In this document: in pieces, positions 10,197 through 18,230 of the stretch
Layout: each line of letters begins with the position of its first letter
Position numbering within the stretch: the first letter of the stretch is position 1
Source of the DNA: Tubiluchus corallicola
Lineage: Eukaryota; Animalia; Priapulida
Length of the DNA stretch: 18,230 nucleotides
Assembly (NCBI GenBank): GCA_030141605.1
Contig: JAQGDQ010002001.1
Location: forward strand, 1 to 18,230
Direction of reading: 5' to 3'
The notes under the pieces: model-generated
What the model was told of the DNA's origin: nothing
Database searches by the model: none
Seen by the model: the letters and a program-made list of their open reading frames with translations, nothing else
Position numbers and translations under genes: made by a program

Positions 10197-11501
10197 ATGG
10201 CAACTTCATTAGACGAGCCGCAAACTCCAGCTGAAAGGGTTGATGCTATGGGTAACTGGAACGAGAGACACGATTATGTTTTTGGTAACGAAGATTTCCA
10301 GGAATTATGTGATGTAACTTTTTCAGTTGGTGAAATCATCATCAACGCTAGTCGGTACTTACTTGCACTTCGGAGTGACGTTTTTAAGAGGATGCTGTTT
10401 GGGCCGCTGTGTCATAAACTTGGTGATGTCATACCAATAACCGACGTTGAACCTGATGTGTTCCTGCTGCTTTTGAGATTTATTTATACCGACCAAGCTG
10501 AATTAACTGGTGATAATGTTCTTTCGGTAATTTATTTAGCTAAAAAGTACAACATTCGTGAACTTGAAAAAGTGGCTGCTGATTTCCTTAAATTTGAAAT
10601 CACAACTGACAACGTCTGTACCATTCTGACAGCTGCTTGTTTCTATGAAAGCCGAGATGTAGAGATGAAGTGTCTGGAGGTCATTAGTGTCGAGACAGAA
10701 AGAGTTATAGGGTCCGACAGTTTTACTTCCTTGAGCTACGACAGCTTATTGAGGATTGTTAAACTTGATGAACTGACAATTACTGAAGAGGGGAAACTAT
10801 TTGATGCAGTTTTAAGATGGGCTGATGCTGAATGCAAGCGAAAGAACCTAGAGCAAAATGTGTTCAACAAGAGAGCAGCCTTGGGCGACATACTGTTTCA
10901 AATCAGATTTCCCACAATGGATCCAGAGTTATTCATCAAAGGACCGGTAGCAACTGGAATATTAAATGCCGAGGAGCAACTGAATGTTTTTATCAATTAT
11001 CATCCAGAAGAGACATCAGAATCAATATTTCCAAAAACGCAGAGAAACTACGGCGCAGAAGTTGTGTCAGTCATGTGCGCTGTACCTGTTAAGAAAATTG
11101 ACATGTGCGCTGTTAATAGTTTAGGAATAAGTTCAGTAATTACTGTATCAGAAAAGATTGCAATCATTGGCGATGCTGATAAGATTTACATTGATCTTTA
11201 CGGAAGTAACAAAACAAACTGCTCCAATGCTGGAGATAACCGTGGTGAAGGCTGTTGCTTGAATTTAGAAGTTGTTCCCTTGTGTCGTACTACTTTCAGT
11301 AGCATATGTAAGAACAGTTACAATGAAGTGATTAACAATCATCCACAAAGGTCACTCAAAACTTTCCTAAATGAAGATACAAAGGTACTGATCTGGCAAG
11401 CAAGAAATATTGCACAGTTTAGAACCGTCATGGACCCTGCTTCCGGGTTTATTCATGATGGAAAATTTCGCATAAAAGTTGTGACGCTGCTTAGAAAATG
11501 A
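10197..11501 (+). CDS. BTB/POZ-BACK domain protein (BTBD1/2/3/6-like, putative Cullin-3 adaptor) with a MATH/TRAF-like C-terminus; uninterrupted 434-aa ORF
   Basis: BTB motifs CDVTFSVG, ASRYLLALRSDVFKRMLFG, ITDVEPDVFLLLLRFIYTD and LAKKY. BACK motifs ITTDNVC, L.I.EE.KLFDAVLRWA and the BTBD1/2/3/6-type ALGDILFQIRFPTM...GP..TGIL. Good start context gaaATGG. No stops or frameshifts. Confidence 0.93.
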   Translation: MATSLDEPQTPAERVDAMGNWNERHDYVFGNEDFQELCDVTFSVGEIIINASRYLLALRSDVFKRMLFGPLCHKLGDVIPITDVEPDVFLLLLRFIYTDQAELTGDNVLSVIYLAKKYNIRELEKVAADFLKFEITTDNVCTILTAACFYESRDVEMKCLEVISVETERVIGSDSFTSLSYDSLLRIVKLDELTITEEGKLFDAVLRWADAECKRKNLEQNVFNKRAALGDILFQIRFPTMDPELFIKGPVATGILNAEEQLNVFINYHPEETSESIFPKTQRNYGAEVVSVMCAVPVKKIDMCAVNSLGISSVITVSEKIAIIGDADKIYIDLYGSNKTNCSNAGDNRGEGCCLNLEVVPLCRTTFSSICKNSYNEVINNHPQRSLKTFLNEDTKVLIWQARNIAQFRTVMDPASGFIHDGKFRIKVVTLLRK

Positions 11502-11565
11502 ATTGAAAGGAAAATCATTTCTTGAAACTGATGCTTTCACGATTACGATTGATTGTTTATAGACC

Positions 11566-11571
11566 AATAAA
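11566..11571 (+). terminator. Candidate polyadenylation signal of the BTB gene
   Basis: AATAAA 65 nt after the stop codon. The hexamer is common in AT-rich DNA. Confidence 0.4.
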
Positions 11572-11771
11572 TATTTACACCCCGTATGTTGCCGCCCATT
11601 TTGAAGAAGTAAGTCGGTTTGTCATGATTGATTATGATCAGCATAACAATGTCACGTACAAGCTGTATCGTGTGATTTGGCATTCGTAAATCTCCTTGTT
11701 CTTCAACATTTTTTCATTCAAGATTTTGGTCAACTTATAGCCAACACAGAGAAAATACCAGAACTAATCGA

Positions 11772-11950
11772 GTTGCTTTTTAGGTCTAGGTACATCGTAT
11801 AGTATACAATAATTGTGTTGTTTTTTAGGCCTAGGTACATCGTATAGTATACAATAATTGTGTTGTTTTTTAGGCCTAGGTACATCGTATAGTACACAAT
11901 AATTGTGTTTTTTAGGCCTAGGTACATCGTATAGTATACAATAATTGTGG
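11772..11950. repeat. 45-bp tandem repeat, 4 copies
   Basis: ttttaggcctaggtacatcgtatagtatacaataattgtg with tagg at 11781, 11826, 11871 and 11913. Confidence 0.95.
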
Positions 11951-12614
11951 TTTTTTTCATCATTGCGCATCGACGATAGAGGAGATTACAGAGGGCACTG
12001 TTGTTGATGTTGAAAAGTCACCTGTAGCCTCTTTTGCAGCACAACCTCCCATGTTTTTTATAATCACTAGCTGCGTCATTTATGCCATTAATAATGACGT
12101 CATCTGCAAGCTTATGGTTATTTTGGTTAAAGTTAACGAGCCTTTTATCAAATAATTTGACGATAAATATTTTGGCCCACCTGTATAATGACTTTACGAT
12201 TACCATCGTTATTTGAATAATTATTTCACTTGGTTCTGATATTATTGTGTTACAGATACATTTTTTGTTAAATTTGTATTTTTGTATACCTGTGTTTTTC
12301 TTCACTGGTGAATATACTTCGATATTATTCTGATATTTACTCATTATAGTACGTACAATTCGTTTATTATTAGGCCTATGTTTGCTTCAAATTACCATCA
12401 ATCACGTTAATAAACTATTATTATATTTGAACAAAATCAGCGTGTTGCAATAGTTTCTTCACTACAGGCAACTATATAATATATAATTTATTTATTAAAA
12501 TACAAACAAGAGCTGGACCACTACTGAAAAAAGAAAGATCTTAAATCATGATTAGCGATCAATAGAGCTCAAGAATTCAGTTTCTATACACGGAAAACAT
12601 GTTAAAAAATTGTC

Positions 12615-14525
12615 TCATAACTCGCACAATTAGAAAATAAAATGTAGTGTCTCTAACTAGCACTAGATGGCGAAAGTGTCCATGTAGAACCAAATCTGAA
12701 AAGGCAAACAAATTAGAAAAAACTGTGCTGTGTCTACTGTACTTCACTCTCATAAATTGAAATTAATGCAAACTATTAAATATGAAAGTGTCTCTAACTA
12801 ACGCTAGATGGCGAAAGTGACAATGTAGAACCAAATCTGAGAAGGCAAACAAATTAGAAAAAACTGTGCTGTGTCTACTGTACTTTACTCTCATAAATTG
12901 AAATTAATGCAAACTATTAAATATGAAAGTGTCTCTAACTAACGCTAGATGGCGAAAGTGACAATGTAGAACCAAATCTGAGAAGGCAAACAAATTAGGA
13001 AAAACTGTGCTGTGTATACTGTACTTTACTCTCATAAATTAAAATTATTGTAAACTATTAAATACGAAAGTGTCTCTAACTAACGCTAGATGGCGAAAGT
13101 GACAATGTAGAACCAAATCTGAGAAGGCAAACAAATTAGGAAAAACTGTGCTGTGTCTTCTGTACTTTACTCTCATAAATTGAAATTAATGTAAACTATT
13201 AAATATGAAAGTGTCTCTAACTAACGCTAGATGGCGAAAGTGACAATGTAGAACCAAATCTGAGAAGGCAAACAAATTAGGAAAAACTGTGCTGTGTCTA
13301 CTGTACTTTACTCTCATAAATTGAAATTAATGTAAACTATTAAATATGAAAGTGTCTCTAACTAGCACTGAATGAAATTTAATGTCTCTAATTAGCACCA
13401 GATGGCGAAAGTGATCATGTAGAACCAAATCTGAAAAGGTAAACAAAAAACGGGAAACAGAAAAAAAAACTGTGCAATTTATGAGGGTAGAGTACAGTAA
13501 AAACTACTAAATATGAAAGTGTCTCTAACTAGCACTAGATGGCGAAAGTGACCATGTAGAAAAGGGAAATGGAAAAAAGTATTAGAAAGAACTGTGTTGT
13601 GTCTGCTGTACTTTACTCCCATAACTTGCACAATTAGAAAATGAAATGTAGTGTCTCTAACTAACACTAGATGGCGAAAGTGACCATGTAGAAAAGGGAA
13701 ATGGAAAAAAGTATTAAAAAAGAACTGTCTTGTGTCTACTATACTATACTCCCATAACTTGCACAATTAGAAAATGAAATGTAGTGTCTCTAACTAACAC
13801 TAGATGGCGAAAGTGACCATGTAGAAAAGGGAAATGGAAAAAAGTATTAAAAAAGAACTGTCTTGTGTCTACTATACTATACTCCCATAACTTGCACAAT
13901 TAGAAAATGAAATGTAGTGTCTCTAACTAACACTAGATGGCGAAAGTGACCATGTAGAAAAGGGAAACGGAAAAAAGTATTAAAAAAGAACTGTGTTGTG
14001 TCTGCTGTACTCTAATCCCATAACTTGCACAAATAGAAAAATGAAATGTAGTGTCTCTAACTAGCACTAGATGGCACTAGATGGCGAAAGTGACCATGTA
14101 GAAAAGGGAAATGGAAAAAAGTATTAAAAAAGAACTGTCTTGTGTCTACTATACTATACTCCCATAACTTGCACAATTAGAAAATGAAATGTAGTGTCTC
14201 TAACTAACACTAGATGGCGAAAGTGACCATGTAGAAAAGGGAAATGGAAAAAAGTATTAAAAAAGAACTGTCTTGTGTCTACTATACTATACTCCCATAA
14301 CTTGCACAATTAGAAAATGAAATGTAGTGTCTCTAACTAACACTAGATGGCGAAAGTGACCATGTAAAAAAGTGAAACGGAAAAAAGTATTAAAAAAGAA
14401 CTGTGTTGTGTCTGCTGTACTCTAATCCCATAACTTGCACAAATAGAAAAATGAAATGTAGTGTCTCTAACTAGCACTAGATGGCGAAAGTGACCATGTA
14501 GAACTAAATCAGAAAAGGTAAACAA
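12615..14525. repeat. Satellite-like array of about 14 units in two subfamilies: 141-bp units (about 12650-13370) and 133-bp units (about 13520-14500)
   Basis: The shared core gtgtctctaacta(a/g)c(a/g)ctagatggcgaaagtgac recurs. The tag/cag of agatggc is at 12664, 12805, 12946, 13087, 13228, 13399, 13536, 13668, 13801, 13934, 14068, 14078, 14211, 14344 and 14478. Confidence 0.96.
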
Positions 14526-14845
14526 AAGGTCTTTAGTTAGCACTAGAGTGAAAGAATTATTACCACACAAACACAATTTCGCGTTCGCGCCACTAGTTCT
14601 GTCCTGTTACATGCATTTCATCATTCGCTAACTGGACGGGCACTAGCGCCTGTATTACGGAAACGCATTGCACGAAAACAATTGCTGTACCTCTCAGTTC
14701 AGATGTGTTAGTTTGTGACGAAGTACATACGTTCGTCAGGTAATGCATGAGCACAGCGGTGAATTTAAAATTCCATAAAATTTAATAAAATGTTTAACCT
14801 ATTAATTATTTATCTGAAACGCTTTTGCAGCATTAATTGTGTTAA

Positions 14846-15143
<298 letters not shown>

Positions 15144-15144
<1 letters not shown>

Positions 15145-16264
15145 GTTTACTTATCATCATTACAACCAAAAGAAAAATTACAAAATATAAAAAATTGAAA
15201 AAGAATAAACAAGACAGAAGATACATTAACAAGCACCATTACACTGTTACAAGATACATGAACAAAATTAATTGAAATGAATCAAAACATTATCATCATC
15301 AGCATTATTATTATCATTATTTTAATTATATATTATGATTATAATGACAACGATGACGGTGGGAATGACGACGATAAAGATGGTAGCTACAACCGTCACG
15401 TAACATGTTTGTAAAACAAAGCCTTCTGCCACATCAGTTCAGAAAAATGAACTTGGTAAGGTTCTAGATTGATGTTAAGACTGTTACTATTACAACAGCA
15501 ATGGCTGCGAGGCGTTGTCAAATGTACACAGACGCGCTGTCTGGTACACTTAACCTTTGACCTTTTCACGATCATCATCAATCGCTGGAACTGTGAAAAG
15601 GCTCATTTCTAGCTGAACACAAGTACAAAATGAAACAGCAAAAATTAGCGTTGTAAATTCTCCATGGCTTCACGCGTGGGTGTCCCTAAATGTGAAAGAG
15701 TTAAAGAAGGAGAGATAAGCAAATTACTACGCACCATTAACGGCTTTACGACTCTCGGGGGGTGGGTAGGGTACCCAGAGGGGCCGTCTTTTACTGATTT
15801 TACGCTTGTAAAGCAGACAGTAAACGAGCCATCTTCATCAGACTCCACATCTGAATGACTGCTTAATTATCTCAGTGAAATTAGGAAGATAATTGTAATC
15901 TTTCTAGTTTTAGTCAAACACGTAAAGCAAAAGCATTGAAACAGTTAAAGTCACAGCCATTTGGAGGTGGTGGAAAAATGGCTTCAGTCGTGAGAGACGT
16001 CATGCTGACGTCATATGCTTAGTCGTGTGACGTCATGCTGTACGAAAAAGAGACTGGTAATTCGTAAAATGACAAAATCAGGCCACAGCAAGAATAATTC
16101 TACATTTGAACATTTCATGAACATGAACAGGAACATTTCGTGAGCATGAACATGAACATTTCATTATGATGAACATGAACATGAACATGAATATTTCGTG
16201 AGCATGAACATGAACGTATAATGAACATGAACACGAACATTTCAAGAACATGAACATGAACATT
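15144..16264. repeat. Tandem duplication unit, copy 1; ends in (CATGAA)n at about 16105-16264
   Basis: Aligns with 16731-17848 at an offset of about 1587-1590 bp. Confidence 0.96.
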
Positions 16265-16464
16265 TGCTTACACGTAAATGATGATAAAATTTTTTATATT
16301 TTTCATGTTATGCTACCTGTATCTATACTAAGATTACATAAATTTGTTACGTGTGTTTTTTTGTCTCAACGGGTATAATGTAGTAGCTCTGTTTTGTACT
16401 TTTGTATTTTGTTGTTGTTTTGTTGTGTGTATGTCACTGTAGTATAATGTATAATTGTACATGT

Positions 16465-16731
16465 CAATAACAACAACAACAACAACAACAACAACAATAA
16501 TAACAATAATAATAATAATAATAATAATAGTAATAAAAATAATAATAATAATAACAACAACAACAACAATAATAATAATAATAATAATAATAGTAATAAA
16601 AATAATAATAATAGTAATAAAAATAATAATAATAATAATAATAATAACAATAATAATAATAATAATAATAATAGTAATAAAAATAATAATAATAATAACA
16701 ACAACAACAACAATAATAATAATAATAATAA
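16465..16731. repeat. (AAC)n/(AAT)n compound microsatellite with higher-order internal repeats
   Basis: Directly visible; agtaataaaaataat variants recur. Confidence 0.96.
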
Positions 16732-17848
16732 GTTTACTTATCATCATTACAACCAAAAGAAAATTACAAAATATAAAAAATTGAAAAAGAATAAGCAAGA
16801 CAGAAGATACATTGACAAGCACCATTACACTGTTACAAGATACATGAACAAAATTAATTGAAATGAATCAAAACATAATCGTCATCACCATTATTATTAT
16901 CATTATTTTAATTATATATTATGATTATAATGACAACGATGACGGTGGGAATGACGACGATAAAGATGGTAGCTACAACCGTCATGTAACATGAACATGT
17001 TTGTAAAACAAAGCCTTCTGCCACATCAGTTCAGAAAAATGAACTAAGCAAGGTTCTAGACTGCTGTTAAGACTGTTACTATTACAACAGCAATGGCTGA
17101 GAGGCGTTGTCAAGTGTACACAAACGCTTTGTCTGGAACACTTAACCTTTGACCTTTTCACGATCATCATCAATCGCTGGAACTGTGAAAAGGTTCATTT
17201 CTAGCTGAACACAAGTACAAAATGAAACAGCAAAAATTAGCGTTGTAGATTCTCCATGGCTTCACGCGTGGGTGTCCCTAAATGTGAAAGAGTTAAAGAA
17301 GCAGGGATAAGCAAATTACTGCGCACCATTAACGGCTTTACGACTCTCGGGGGGTGGGGTAGGGAACCCAGAGGGGCCGTCTTTTACTGATTTTACGCTT
17401 GTAAAGCAGACAGTAAACGAGCCATCTTCATCAGACTCCACATCTGAATGACTGCTTAATTATCTCAGTGAAATTAGGAAGATAATTGTAATCTTTCTAG
17501 TTTTAGTCAAACACGTAAAGCAAAAGCATTGAAACAGTTAAAGTCACAGCCATTTGGAGGTGGAAAAATGGCTTCAGTCGTGAGAGACGTCATGCTGACG
17601 TCATATCTTCAGTCGTGTGACGTCATGCTGTACGAAAAAGAGACTGGTAATTCGTAAAATGACAAAATCAGGCCACAGCAAGAATAATTCTACATTTGAA
17701 CATTTCATTAACGTGAATATGAACATGAATATGAACATGAACATAAACAAGAACATGAACATTTCATGAACATGAACATTTCATGAACACGAACATTTCA
17801 TGAACATGAACATTTCATGAACATGAACGTTTAATGAACATGAACATA
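16731..17848. repeat. Tandem duplication unit, copy 2; ends in (CATGAA)n at about 17695-17848
   Basis: Aligns with 15144-16264. Confidence 0.96.
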
Positions 17849-17858
17849 AATATTAAAT

Positions 17859-18230
17859 ACGTTTTTAAATACCTCTAATCTCATTTGTCTGTATTATTAT
17901 CATTAATTGTTTTTATAACTGAATATTGTTTTTAACTTTGAGCTATTTTGTATGTATTTTTCAGTCTGCACCATACGTGTGCTGGCGCCATCTCGTGGTG
18001 AGTCTCGAAAGCTCACGCTCCTACTCTCCTCGGGGCTGATTTGTACAATTTGCAAACCGTAACTGTTTTACGTATATAGTTGTAAAGCTTTGTGATGCAA
18101 CTCAGACAAATAAAAAACTATTGAATTGAATTACCACCATGTTCTCTAGTAACCTTATTAATATTATTATCTATATAGTTGTAATGCTTTGTGATGCAAA
18201 TCAGAGAAATAAAAAAGTATTGAATTGAAT
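17859..18230 (+). repeat. Dispersed repeat, copy 3 (direct with copy 2); runs off the window
   Basis: acgtttttaaatacctctaatctcatttgtctgtatt...ctcctcggggctgatttgtacaatttgcaaaccgta...aaataaaaaactattgaattgaat. Confidence 0.93.

Noticed and set aside
10832-11567. Overlapping ORFs 10832-11092 (+) and 11367-11567 (-)
   Set aside because: Short alternative-frame and antisense shadows of the BTB CDS.
12018-12344. 108-aa minus-strand ORF ending at a donor-like CAG|GTGA
   Set aside because: No recognisable domain, AT-rich composition and no partner exon seen. It cannot be excluded without RNA data.
15560-15860. Exon-like minus-strand segments and short ORFs in the duplicated unit
   Set aside because: No recognisable protein, and copy 2 has a 1-nt insertion in the G tract (gggtggggtaggg) that breaks the frame.

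Overview
AT-rich, repeat-dense animal genomic DNA, most likely from an invertebrate; it is not prokaryotic and contains no CRISPR array. Two coding elements are supportable. The first is one internal spliced exon (2024-2256, +) of a class C GPCR of the GPR158/GPR179 family. The second is an uninterrupted 434-aa ORF (10197-11501, +) for a BTB-BACK protein of the BTBD1/2/3/6 type whose C-terminus resembles a MATH/TRAF domain rather than the usual PHR domain. No further GPCR exon was recognised in the next 16 kb, so the BTB gene may be nested in a GPCR intron. The rest is microsatellites, tandem arrays (101, 41, 37, 45 and 141/133 bp units), a ~350-420 bp dispersed repeat in three copies (one inverted), retroposon-like 3' ends and a ~1.59 kb tandem duplication. 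CTCF-like motifs recur in both the dispersed repeat and the 141/133-bp satellite around the BTB gene. Almost all other ORFs in the track are repeat artefacts.
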